Origin: Eutreptiella sp. 'Long Island Sound 2002'
Lineage: Eukaryota > Protista > Euglenida
Length of the DNA stretch: 64,000 bases
Direction of reading: 5' to 3'
Assembly (NCBI GenBank): GCA_964036045.1
Contig: OZ038378.1
Span: 183,706,001-183,770,000 of the forward strand
The notes beneath the pieces were generated by a model. That model was given only the letters and a program-made list of their open reading frames with translations. It made no database searches and had not been told where the DNA came from. A program made the position numbers and the translations under genes. Position 1 is the stretch's first letter; each line of letters starts with the position of its first letter. Shown in pieces: positions 37,801 through 47,500 of the stretch.

Positions 37801-40800
37801 ATGTTATTTAAGGGGCCACATGCAAGGCGGTACACACAGAACGCGGTGCCTACACAAGGCGGTGCACACAAAAGGCGGCCTGTGGCCACCGCAGGAGTCA
37901 TGTTATTTAAGGGGCCACATGCAAGGCGGTACACACAGAACGCGGTGCCTACACAAGGCGGTGCACACGAAAGGCGGCCTGTGGCCACCGCAGGAGTCAT
38001 GTTATTTAAGGGGCCACATGCAAGGCGGTACACACAGAACGCGGTGCCTACACAAGGCGGTGCACACAAAAGGCGGTCTATAGCCACCGCAGGAGTCATG
38101 TTATTTAAGGGGCCACATGCAAGGCGGTACACACAGAACGCGGTGCCTACACAAGGCGGTGCACACAAAAGGCGGCCTGTGGCCACCGCAGGAGTCATGT
38201 TATTTAAGGGGCCACATGCAAGGCGGTACACACAGAACGCGGTGCCTACACAAGGCGGTGCAAACAAAAGGCGGTCTATAGCCACCGCAGGAGTCATGTT
38301 ATTTAAGGGGCCACATGCAAGGCGGTACACACAGAACGCAGTGCCTACACAAGGCGGTGCACACAAAAGGCGGCCTGTGGCCACCGCAGGAGTCATGTTA
38401 TTTAAGGGGCCACATGCAAGGCGGTACACACAGAACGCGGTGCCTACACAAGGCGGTGCACACGAAAGGCGGCCTGTGGCCACCGCAGGAGTCATGTTAT
38501 TTAAGGGGCCACATGCAAGGCGGTACACACAGAACGCGGTGCCTACACAAGGCGGTGCACACAAAAGGCGGTCTATAGCCACCGCAGGAGTCATGTTATT
38601 TAAGGGGCCACAGGCAAGGCGGTACACACAGAACGCGGTGCCTACACAAGGCGGTGCACACAAAAGGCACCGCAGGAGTCATGTTCTTTAAAGGGTCTAA
38701 GAAGGGGACTTTGCTTTTTGAAGAGGCACATGGGGTGGGGGGGGTTATCGGAATGAGCCGGCAGTTCGGCCGGCCGGACCACCGCCCGGTGGTTCGGCCG
38801 GCCGAACCACCGCCGAGTTTTTCGGCCGAGGACCACCGCCGAGCCTCACCACCGTTTCATTCCGATGAGCTATCGTGTAGTGTGATGTCCAATTTCTTCA
38901 ACGCTCGAAAACCAGTCCCGTCAAGAATATCATTTTTTCAAAAACGTTCTGAAAGAAGAGGGTGTTAACCCCTGCAAACACGAGAATAGTGAGGTCCAGA
39001 TCCCTTGGAGTATGTATTTTGTAGCTTTGGCACGCTTAAGAGCGGGGCGGGGGGGGGGGGGGTATATGGACGCTCTGCGTGTTGTGCCCTTGTATGCACC
39101 TCGCTGTGCATGTCACAGGACCTACAGGCACTTGGCATTTGCATGCATAGAGCCCATGGACAGGGCTCTTGTGTTGCCCATCCGTCAGCTTTCACAGCCC
39201 AATGGACGCTGAAACTAGGACCACCACTGCACTTGGCCTGGGCTGTGCAAGACGTCAACTTGGGGAACTTGTACACGAGTGTCGTGACCAATAGCCTTCC
39301 CTTCATCCGTTCATACGGTGATTTGCTAATGAGCTGTGCTGCTTGGATTACCATGGGCCTGCTTTGTGGCCATTCTGCCACCTGTTACACTGCGTGCCGC
39401 CCACTGTGCATTGACACGTGTAGTGGCACACGACGCCATTGGTCCCAGCCGGAAATGTATTGCCGTTTTAATGCCCCACTTCCCTGCCCCAAAACCACAA
39501 GTTGCTTTTTTGATCTGTTGGTGGCTCCAGCGTTGTGCCTGCTGGGATGGCTATCGTTATGCATTGTTACACGTCGGCCACGACGCTCCCCATCGTGAAT
39601 GGTGCGGTGACTCGAGTGACGACTGGGCTATACTACAGCATGTGAGCTCCCTCCCATTTTCTGGTGGGAGGTGAGCGGAGGGGTGCAGATTTCTATTGGT
39701 GACGGGTGCGGGCCAAGGCAGTAATCACCTGAGACGTATAATCTGCGCTGCGGCTGGCTGTCACGTTTGTTCATTGCCAGCGTTTCCGGCCGTGCCTTCG
39801 TTTCCATGTTCGCCTATCCGGAGTCATGATGTTGCATGCATGACACTGATCCCTTCCCACGCAAAAAGGTTCCATTACTCTACATCCCACAGACCTTTTG
39901 GCAAAAGGCGCCTGGGGCCGCTCTTGGCTTTTGACGAGCTTTTCTTTCACTCTTGCGAACTGCATGTGCTGCATGTTGTGCTAACATCTCGTCAACCAGC
40001 ACCACACACGTGACAGCTCACACGTCACCATACGGGGGGGCGTTGGTCTAGGGCAGAGGGTGAGTCATAAAGGAAAGAAAGCGAAGCCGATGATGTAGTA
40101 CCACCCCCCCCGCCCCCGCCCCCGCCCCCTGTGGCCAGGCCAATTTTCTTCGGGGCCGTCAGCAGAGCCGATGTTGGTGCAGGCCAATGCGACTGCAATT
40201 CTTCTGTGCTTGGGGTGCCAGCACGAGGCAGGGGGGGGGGGGGGTCGGGCCGGACCCCCCCCCCCATACCGACGGTGAACAATGAGCAATGACCAACTGA
40301 GGCCCCAGCGGCGCCCGGAAAAAATTTTTGGCCTCTGTGGACCAGGGCACAGCCCCCCCCCCCCCATCCACCCACCCACCCACCCACTCACCCACATCCA
40401 TTTGTGGTGAATGGCAGAAGGGGATGGTACCCCCCGGACTTGTGTACATTCAAAATGCCCCGAACGAAACGGGGAATTCGGCAACGCCTTCCAAACCAAC
40501 AAACACCCCCCCCCTCCGCTCCGGTGCTCCGCCCCCTCTTCACTGAACATCCGCCCCTGAATGGTCGGGGGGGGGGGGGGGGTGCTCACGAGGGTTTGGA
40601 GTGCTGCCTCCTGCCGTCAGTCTGTCCCATTGCGTGTTGAATCGCCTCTTGGCTCGTTTGCAGGAGGGCAGTGTTTGCCATGGTGGAGTCCAAGCTGATG
40701 GAGGCAGGGAAGCTCACGATGGGGGAGGTGGGTATTGCACGTCTGCACGCGGTCTGAGGGTACACGGCGAGGTCACGCCGTGGGTGGAATGGGTGGACAG

Positions 40801-43800
40801 GACGAGGCCCCGTGTAAACCCCCCCCCCTTCGAGAACAACACCTTTGTCAGAGCAACAGGTGTTGTTGCCACGATGTTTGGAACCGTGGAATTTGGCCTT
40901 TCTTTTTTCTGGTGGTCTGTGAAGATAAGTTTTTTCGGTGATTCGAGGCTGGGGATGGTTTTGTAGGGATTTTGGTTGCTGCCTTGCCACCCATTTTCGG
41001 CCCTTCTTGTCCTTTGGAGGTGGGGACTGGGGAATCACCTGACGACTGGTACATTCATGACGCAATAGCCACCTCTTCTGGTTTCTCACGGCGCGCACAA
41101 TGCCTTTGTCAGAGCAACAAGAGGTGCTGCTTCCGTCAAATTTTGGAACTTTAGTGTTTCTCGCAAGGGGAGGGGGGGTGTACGCAGAGGACGTGGTAGT
41201 GGCGGTTCCCCCCGCGTGTCATGCTCTGCGTTGTGTCGCCAGGCGTTCCGCTTCTTCGACGCCAACAACGACGGGAAGGTAGCCCTTGACGAGTTTGAGG
41301 ACGGGATTCAGCGGCTCGGGCTCACAGGTCCCTGTGCACTGCGCGAACGACGCATCATGTGGCAGTGGTGGTGACCCCTGGGATTACGCTACCCGTGCAC
41401 CCACCAGCCCCTCCGTGTGGGTTCCTCTTGGTCTCGGTGAAGCGTAGTGCGCCCCATTGCCTCGGTACTACAGGGGGACGTAAAACTTCGTCAGGGGACA
41501 AGTTCATGGGAGAAACTTCGTCTTTCAGTTTGGTGTCGAAATTGTCCGCACGGAAGTTGTTGTGCGCAATTTGGGGCACTCGACCCTCATCACACCCTTT
41601 CCTCGAGCTAGTGCCTCCTTCAGTATGGAGGGCCTCCTTTTTGGTTATCTCTGATGAGTTGGTATTGTTGACAATTTGGGCCAACCAAAATTTCACACAA
41701 CTGATTGTCCACAAGGAACTGAGGGTTGAGGGTATTTGAAGTTTCCCGCGTCTGATGGCGCCGCACCAAAATTGGAGGTGTGCCGAAATTTTCCCCGCGG
41801 CAGTTGTCCCCAGACGAACCCCCCCCGCCCCCTTTGTAGTGACTCTTGCGGGTGCACTAGCACCGCACCCCATCAGCCGTGCGGTTCGCTGCATCTTGGC
41901 CTCGGGTCGGTCCCGTGACCGGGCCTGCCCCAGTCCCGAGTGCTGCGCCCCGCCTCCCCCTCCACCGCCCAACCGCCAGACGGGGGCACCGAAGGTCAAA
42001 AGCGGGCCTCAGCAGCAGTCAAGAGCGGGGCCGAGGCCAAGCCCCCACGCCACAGTGTGCCCGGCAGCCACCAGGACGACCCGCCTGCCGTTGCGCCCTC
42101 CGCACACCCCCACACACACCCCCTTCCCCCGCCCACCAACGGCTCTGCCTTGGGCTCGGGGGTCTACAGACCGCCGGCCCGAGCGCAGAATCGCTCGAGA
42201 CCGGCCGGTGCATAGCACGCGGAGCGCCCTCACGAAACGAAGATGCAAACTCGATTGAGGAATGCGGGATGTGCCCGAAGGCACCCGGGGTCTTGCCAGT
42301 GTGGGCCCGTGCGCGCGGCGCGTCTTCTCAGCTCTTCTCTCGCCGGCAGCGGCTGTGTGCCCACGCATTGCGGGTGTGCGGGTGTGCGGTATGGTGCTCG
42401 ACGGAGGGTGTGCGTTGTACTGCGCCTGTGCTCTGCAGGAGAAGGCACGATAGGCCTCCTGCACGAGGAAATTGAGGAGCTGGCCAATGCGATGGACGCG
42501 GATGGTGACCAGCAGATCGGTCTCCTGGAGTTCAGCCGGTGGTTGGACGTGGATTCCATGGCAGATGCCTATGAAAAGGTGCCCATCGACTCCCATGCAC
42601 CATCATGGAGCACGGGAAATTGTGCCCGTTGTGAACCGTATTTTTGAATGGGCAGTGGCTCTCGCAACATTTTTGACCGTTTGGGGTATTGTGCCTCGCC
42701 ATTGTGCCCGTTTGACCGACTCCCTTCACCCAAAATTGAGGAAAATCCATGCGGCGCTAGTTACCCCACGGCTCATTACCCTTCCCCTGCGCGCAGGAGG
42801 CATTCCCAATGCAGCACTCAGCATCTTGCCCCAGCTTTCATTGAATTTTGGTCCTCTTTGCAGGTGAAGGGTACCACGAACATCGAAGAAGGTCAGTGGG
42901 ACTACGGGGAATACTCCTGCACTGCTGCCACGAAGGAACGCAGGTTTTCTGTGCTCATGTATGCCCGAGGAACCACCGAACCTTTGAAAACCGGGTCAGC
43001 AACAGCAATGGCCGTATCGTCAACAGTTGCTGAATGGCCGGACCGCCCTGGCGCCGGGCATCCCTTGGGAGCGTACGTGCCCCGCAACGTGGTCGGCCGG
43101 TACGCCCGAGGGGGAGAATGGCGGGGGACGGCACCGACCGAAGCCCGGGATCGAGGTCTGGTGGGCCCGCCGGCCTCAGGGCTCCCGCGCCACAACACTC
43201 TGGCCCCGCTACTGCTACTGGCACTTCCACCCCTTCGGCATATTCGTCGTCCCAACAGGTGTCATGAAATGGGGCATCAGGTGAATTGCCACGGGACTCT
43301 ACAAATGGCAAACCCAACCCTTTCCATCATCGAAACACGACCCCACCAAAATAATGCCCAAGCTCCAACAAAACCCTTTGCAATCCGAAGACCCCATTGT
43401 TATGATTCCTCTTGGCAGTACCGGTCTGACTGGCCGTAAGAGACATTCGAGATCCCACGGGGCGATGCCAGGCACCATTCGGTGGTGCGGCCGTTGGGAT
43501 GATGGATGCGGCGAGACTGCACACGCAACTGAGGCCAATGGGCACGCACGCGTGCCGCTGAGGAGAAGCGGAGGGTGGGGGTGGGGGGCTGCATGACATT
43601 CGCGTCTGCTCGCTGACCCTGGACAGCAAAGAAATACGCAGACGGCGGAAGACTGGAAAAAGGGGAAAGAATGTTTACGATGGTGCCCACCAACGATGGG
43701 AAAGTGAAGTGCCGCCCCAGGCGACGAATGGGAGTGCAGCTCCTGCGATGTACCCTTTTGAATGTGTGATGGCAAAACACCACAAAACCATGCAAACGCG

Positions 43801-44583
43801 CAAGGCCCCACGACACGCGAGAAAGGATACAAGGGGGAATCCGGACACCCGGTTATCATCAGGTCAGACATGAGGGCACCCACAAATTGATTTTTGCTAG
43901 AGAAAGGCTCGGAGCTGCAGAATTAGCATTCAACGGGCTTCAAGCCAGGAAGTGCTTTGAAGGAGCAGCTGTTTTTCACCCAGAACCCCCCCCCCCCCAC
44001 ACACACACGCACAATTAGTTGTGGTACCCGGTAAACACGAGGCATAGGGACACTGTGGACGGAACCTCTGGAAGGCTAAAAGAACAAAGCCATCCACCAA
44101 GAACTTCTGAAACCGGTTCGGAGAGAGGTAGAGAGAGGCACTCGGAGGTGTGAATGGATTGCGGTCAGCAACTGTTGGATGGCTCTGTTACAGCAGGAGT
44201 CCGCCTGCGTCTGTGGTGTGTGCCGAGCCACCGCCGTGTGTTGTGGGCTTTTGTCCACCAAAATGTGCCGAAGATAAAAATGTGGGTGCTTGTACCTCTA
44301 TTGCATCCCCCTACTCAGCAAGCAGTGGCATCACGCTGTGCCATGCCGCCCATGCCGCCACTCGCTGTTTTGCAGGGCGCTGGTGTCGACACAGACGGGC
44401 TGTAGTACAGTGCGGGACTTGGTGGTCATGAACGCCACATTGGGAGAGGCCTTTGGGCTGGGAAAGTGGCCTATGGGGTACAAGGACGAGTTCACGGACC
44501 ATGCGGCTTTGACTTCCGTGTTTGGATTGGCAGCAGTGGGACCGTGCCAGCAGGTCTTGTCTCGAGACCCGGCGATGTGGTGA
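16708..44583 (+). CDS. 15-exon gene for a 657-aa EF-hand-containing endonuclease/exonuclease/phosphatase (EEP, CCR4/nocturnin-like) protein resembling the plant At1g02270-type calcium-binding family, with a predicted plastid presequence
   Basis: Exons 16708-16879, 17079-17281, 20284-20503, 23175-23395, 25460-25520, 27730-27905, 30653-30826, 31589-31646, 34682-34729, 35103-35166, 40664-40727, 41243-41327, 42439-42578, 42864-42943, 44376-44583. They total 1974 nt in one open frame and all 14 introns are GT-AG. EEP motifs TLNVLAP, CLQEF, VNTHL, CGDWNG, SHLNH, GVDYVW and TDH occur in order. Confidence 0.88.
17079..17281 (+). CDS. EEP/EF-hand gene exon 2 (end of signal peptide plus transit-peptide-like region)
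   Basis: ccacag|GA ... CAG|gtctgt. VMIAVAALFATAQTSIYS...AAVPQQ is S/T/A-rich with one acidic residue. Confidence 0.65.
20284..20503 (+). CDS. EEP/EF-hand gene exon 3 (second hydrophobic segment and basic tail)
   Basis: cctcag|GTG ... C|gtatgg. FISWSVIGAVVAAFGVLA is followed by SRMHR...WVKRRGR. Phases fit both neighbours. Confidence 0.65.
20590..21760. repeat. AT-rich degenerate short-period repeat tract
   Basis: Dozens of variants of (tt)ctaatacac(gt) and attacctaatac. Confidence 0.8.
22880..23100 (+). repeat. Short element with an (AACCGCC)n-like microsatellite, bounded by a 13-bp direct repeat TTAAGGACAGCCC
   Basis: Motif at 22880-22892 and 23088-23100, with a near-inverted copy gggtgtccttaa at 22834-22845. 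Confidence 0.7.
23175..23395 (+). CDS. EEP/EF-hand gene exon 4 (start of EEP domain)
   Basis: tttttcccgcag|AG ... CAG|gtgtgc. SLTTLNVLAPIYKRIDSDGTRESE...RNQRILDLLL...SSVICLQ. Confidence 0.92.
23487..23697. mobile_element. hAT-type MITE
   Basis: Degenerate TIRs caaggatgtattaga and tctaagacattcgtg. Flanks ctgccagg and ctgcccgg (7/8 match, TSD). Confidence 0.65.
24435..24650 (+). repeat. Dispersed repeat of about 210 bp; second copy at 42602-42807
   Basis: atcatgga..tgtgaaccgtat.tttgaatg..cgcaacattttg..ccttcacccaaaat.gaggaaaat..gcgcagga.gcattccc is present in both copies. Confidence 0.85.
25139..25246. mobile_element. hAT-type MITE (108 bp)
   Basis: Perfect 13-bp TIR cagggacttgctt / aagcaagtccctg. 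Both flanks read a-G(n)-c, consistent with a TSD plus homopolymer slippage. Confidence 0.7.
25460..25520 (+). CDS. EEP/EF-hand gene exon 5
   Basis: EFWHQNEQLHSLYQRIFEEE completes the CLQE motif. Flanked by AG and GT. Confidence 0.88.
27730..27905 (+). CDS. EEP/EF-hand gene exon 6
   Basis: GYHLFVTPRTRNRGDGLLTAV...DCGDRVAQMVHL. Flanked by AG and GT. Confidence 0.9.
29514..29712. mobile_element. hAT-type MITE (199 bp)
   Basis: TIRs caggatggattagaaggg and cccttccaatgcatccctg. Flanks atctgccc and atctgtcc (7/8 match, TSD). Confidence 0.75.
30653..30826 (+). CDS. EEP/EF-hand gene exon 7
   Basis: CLLVNTHLLFPH...LPIVMCGDWNGPKTGQ. Flanked by AG and GT. Confidence 0.92.
31589..31646 (+). CDS. EEP/EF-hand gene exon 8
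   Basis: VAKFMRSQGFVSAFDETNP. Flanked by AG and GT. Confidence 0.88.
34682..34729 (+). CDS. EEP/EF-hand gene exon 9 (48 nt)
   Basis: (N)CDKWISHLNHHGKVV(G) matches the family KWVSHRNHRG motif. Phase 1/1. Confidence 0.88.
35103..35166 (+). CDS. EEP/EF-hand gene exon 10
   Basis: (G)VDYVWLLNPACQNTCLTADW(R). ttctacag acceptor and gtacgg donor. Confidence 0.9.
35566..38870. mobile_element. Non-autonomous TIR DNA transposon (3.3 kb) with a 10-bp TSD, inside intron 10 of the EEP gene
   Basis: TATCGTGTAG at 35556-35565 and 38871-38880. Imperfect TIRs (gct...cggaatgaa.cggtggt...ctcggcggtggt) and subterminal ggtggttcggc repeats. Confidence 0.8.
35725..38680. repeat. 99-bp minisatellite, about 30 copies, with 8-unit (792-bp) higher-order periodicity
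   Basis: Unit ttatttaaggggccacatgcaaggcggtacacacagaacgcggtgcctacacaaggcggtgcacacaaaaggcggcctgtggccaccgcaggagtcatg. The variant order of units 2-9 repeats in units 10-17. Confidence 0.97.
40664..40727 (+). CDS. EEP/EF-hand gene exon 11
   Basis: RAVFAMVESKLMEAGKLTMGE. Phase 2/0. Confidence 0.8.
41243..41327 (+). CDS. EEP/EF-hand gene exon 12 (EF-hand 1)
   Basis: AFRFFDANNDGKVALDEFEDGIQRLGLT contains a canonical 12-residue loop. Confidence 0.9.
42439..42578 (+). CDS. EEP/EF-hand gene exon 13 (EF-hand 2)
   Basis: EEIEELANAMDADGDQQIGLLEFSRW. Flanked by AG and GT. Confidence 0.9.
42864..42943 (+). CDS. EEP/EF-hand gene exon 14 (linker)
   Basis: ctctttgcag|GTG ... AG|gttttc. It supplies the phase 0 to 2 bridge needed for the last exon. 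No motif support. Confidence 0.55.
44376..44583 (+). CDS. EEP/EF-hand gene exon 15 (last coding exon)
   Basis: DLVVMNATL...GKWPMGYKDEFTDHAALTSVF...MW*. Contains the terminal (S/T)DH catalytic motif. Confidence 0.88.
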
Positions 44584-47500
44584 GGACCCGTTGCTGCGGG
44601 GGGCATTGTGTTTGTATTGAGGCAGCGCAGTCACGGTCAGCAGCTTGAAATGTCCACCTGTGAACAAGAGTGTGTGCGACTACACAAGTTGTGATCTGCT
44701 TGATTGGGATGGGTGTCTCACGGGGGCGGGGGGGCGACCCCTCCGTTTCCATACGCGACTGACCCCCCCTGCCCTGCAGGCCCCGTTCGTTACGAAGGGT
44801 GGTCCATAGTAATGGTGGCGCCAAAAGGCGCCAGGCAATTTGCTTTTTCACATTACTTTTTTGCACATCATTTGAGGCGTTGTGGTGTCTTGATGTGGTG
44901 GCTGAGCTGTTGAGTGACGCTGTACGTCAGGTACCATGCTCTCCTCCCCCGAGTGGCGATCATTTTCATCATTTTAAGGTGCATGTGTTGGGTTACACCC
45001 CCCCCCCCTCCGGGTCGCTGACTAGCGCTCTAGGGCTCCCCCCCGAACCTCCACCCCCAAGGGGCCTTCGGCCCACCTCTACCGAGCCACCCTTCCCAAG
45101 GGGTGGATCATGCACCCGGTCTTGTCTCAGGCTGTGGAAACTGCTCCCAGCCAACCAGCAAATACCGTCACTGATTGCAGGCTTCGTGTTGCGGCCAATC
45201 CCCAGCCATTTGAAACACCCCACATGGGGCGGGGAGGGGGGGGAGGGGGGACCTCTCGGGCCATGGTTTTTGCACCCGAGCAAGAGCCCTCCCAGCCTGA
45301 AGGGGGGGGTAGGACGCATGGCACCAAAACCTCGCTGTTGAATGCAAACGTTGCAGCAGACCCTGCCTGACCCCTCAAGGCACAAGGTTGCGCAGGAACA
45401 AAAGTCAGAACAAAAAGCTCTCGGGCCAGCGTTTTGCGAGAAATATAGACACTCAGAAGTAGCCCTGTGGCTCAGCCCACGCCACACAGGACCCGTCATT
45501 CTTCGGCAGTGGAAGAAAGTTACCTGTTCCTGCTTGTGTGTCTGGGCATTGGCCGCTGGGCTCCCAAGCCGCGCCTTCACACACATAGGGAAAGCTTGTG
45601 GGCCTGGGTAATCGACACCTGCCCTCTCCTGCACGTCTGATGCCTCAGATCATCATCGCTCTTGCTCAGTGGCAGCGTTCTTTGCCATTCATCACAGTGG
45701 CTCTGTGTGAATCAGTGATTGGTTGTGCAGCTCTGATTGGTGGCTAAGTCTGCCAGAAGTTTGTCCCATCCTTCTTAATTGCACATTTATTGTTTGTGTC
45801 CGTGTCCAAAGCCACATGTCAACTGTGTGTGCGCAGTGCATACTTCAATGATTCACCGGCCCCACTAACCATATTTGAGTCTGGGATGGTGCATATTGAA
45901 TCCCCCCCCTCCCCCTTTGACCCTCTGCTGCCAAGAGCTCATTGTTGACGATGTGTAGGCGCAAAGCAGCTCCAAAGATGCACCTTTTTTGCACACAGCT
46001 AGTGCCAACATGGCCCTAAGGCAGGTTTGCAGCTGAACGAAAACGTGTGTAGCTGGTTATTTCTGTCTGCCTGATTTTCAGTCCCCAAAGGTGCTGCAGG
46101 CACCAGCCATCAGCAGCCTGCAGGAGCAATTAATCAGCAGCCGTTAGTTTTAATCAATCATCAACCAACCGCCATGAAAACACCAACCACGCATTATTAC
46201 ATGCTTTCACCTCCAATTACCAAGACGTCCAGATCACCAATGACCAATGACAATTGCAAAACAAGACAAATTTTTTTGTGTGGCAGCAATCCTCTGCCTG
46301 GCGATGTCCAAACAGTCCGATCAGTGTCTCCGCAACAGGCACCTGGGTGTATGTACGCCCACGGTTCCCTTGCTTTCCTGGCCCTTAGTGGACCAGTGCT
46401 TGGTCGGCTGCGCCACCCCTATATACTGTGTGAGGACAACAAACAAAAGGATGTGGAGGTACCTCATAGTGACCAACAAGCATGAGCAAGCCGACACTGT
46501 TGGCACAGGTCTTTGGGGCATTCAAGCCATGACTGGTCCACAGTGAACCTGGCGACACATTGCACAGCCATCTGTGCATGGCCCTGTCTTGCTTGTAGAA
46601 GCATTTTGAATGTCCATTTTGGGCTGTGTGCACAAATGCTTTGGATGGGCCACCCTCTATTTCACGAGCTTTGCACTAAATATTGCTGTAATATGTTGCA
46701 CGGACCAAGTTTAGCTCTTAAAGTTGATGCATTTTTATCTATTCTCGCCCTCTGGTTCCTGATGTTCTGATGGTATTTCAAGCTACAGTTCTTCAAGCTT
46801 CTTGCTGCTGCTTTTTCTGCCGTCTCCAGGCACTGTGTTTTGTTGCTGCTTAGGTTTGCATATGTACATGCATTCCTGTAAATGTGTTTGTGGCAGTGTT
46901 TCTTTCTGTATCTGCCTTTGTTCAATGAGCAAAGTGCCTGTGTTGAAAATTATTGGATGCAGAGGGGGCTCACACAGCAGTGTCAAATTTTGTTGAGTGA
47001 TTTTTCATCTGGATAATCCATCATGTGATGCATTCTATGGCATCCCCATTGCACGTTCTTCCTGCTCTTGCTGGGGCAAAGAATGTGTGCTAATTGCATA
47101 GACACAAGGGCCAAAGTGTTGCTACGTGTGAGCAAGCGATGTGATTTTCAAATCAGGCAACACAGGCATGCAACAATACAGGCAATATGGGTTAAGAGCT
47201 GTCAAGCCACAGAGTTTCAATAAGCATAATGGTGTGTTGAAATATGTGGGGAAGTTTCCAAAAAACATCGCGGTTTGCGCTCGGCCCAATGTGCACATAT
47301 TGTAGTCATGGCAAGTAGATGGATGCATATTAAAGAATGCATGATGCTGCCACACAAGGTGCAACAGGGCATGAAACGTGGACCCTCGTAGAGAGACACA
47401 AATCTGATTTTCATCCACAAAGTTGGTGAAACCATTTGTCAGAGGTCGGGGGGGGGGGGTAGAACAAACTAGAGCAGCAGCATTATTGATCCGCAGATGC

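Noticed and set aside
35725-38680. CRISPR-like array
   Set aside because: There are no unique spacers, whole units are near-identical, no cas genes are present and the context is eukaryotic.
35430-38691. 1077-aa (-) and 941-aa (+) ORFs
   Set aside because: They arise from a stop-free 99-bp unit (a multiple of 3), are open on both strands, and lie inside an intron and a TIR element. There is no evidence of coding function.
43890-43915. tttgctagaga segment reminiscent of the trypanosomatid L1Tc 5' HDV-like ribozyme
   Set aside because: It is only an 11-nt match recalled from memory, and the P1-P3 pseudoknot pairings could not be built around it.
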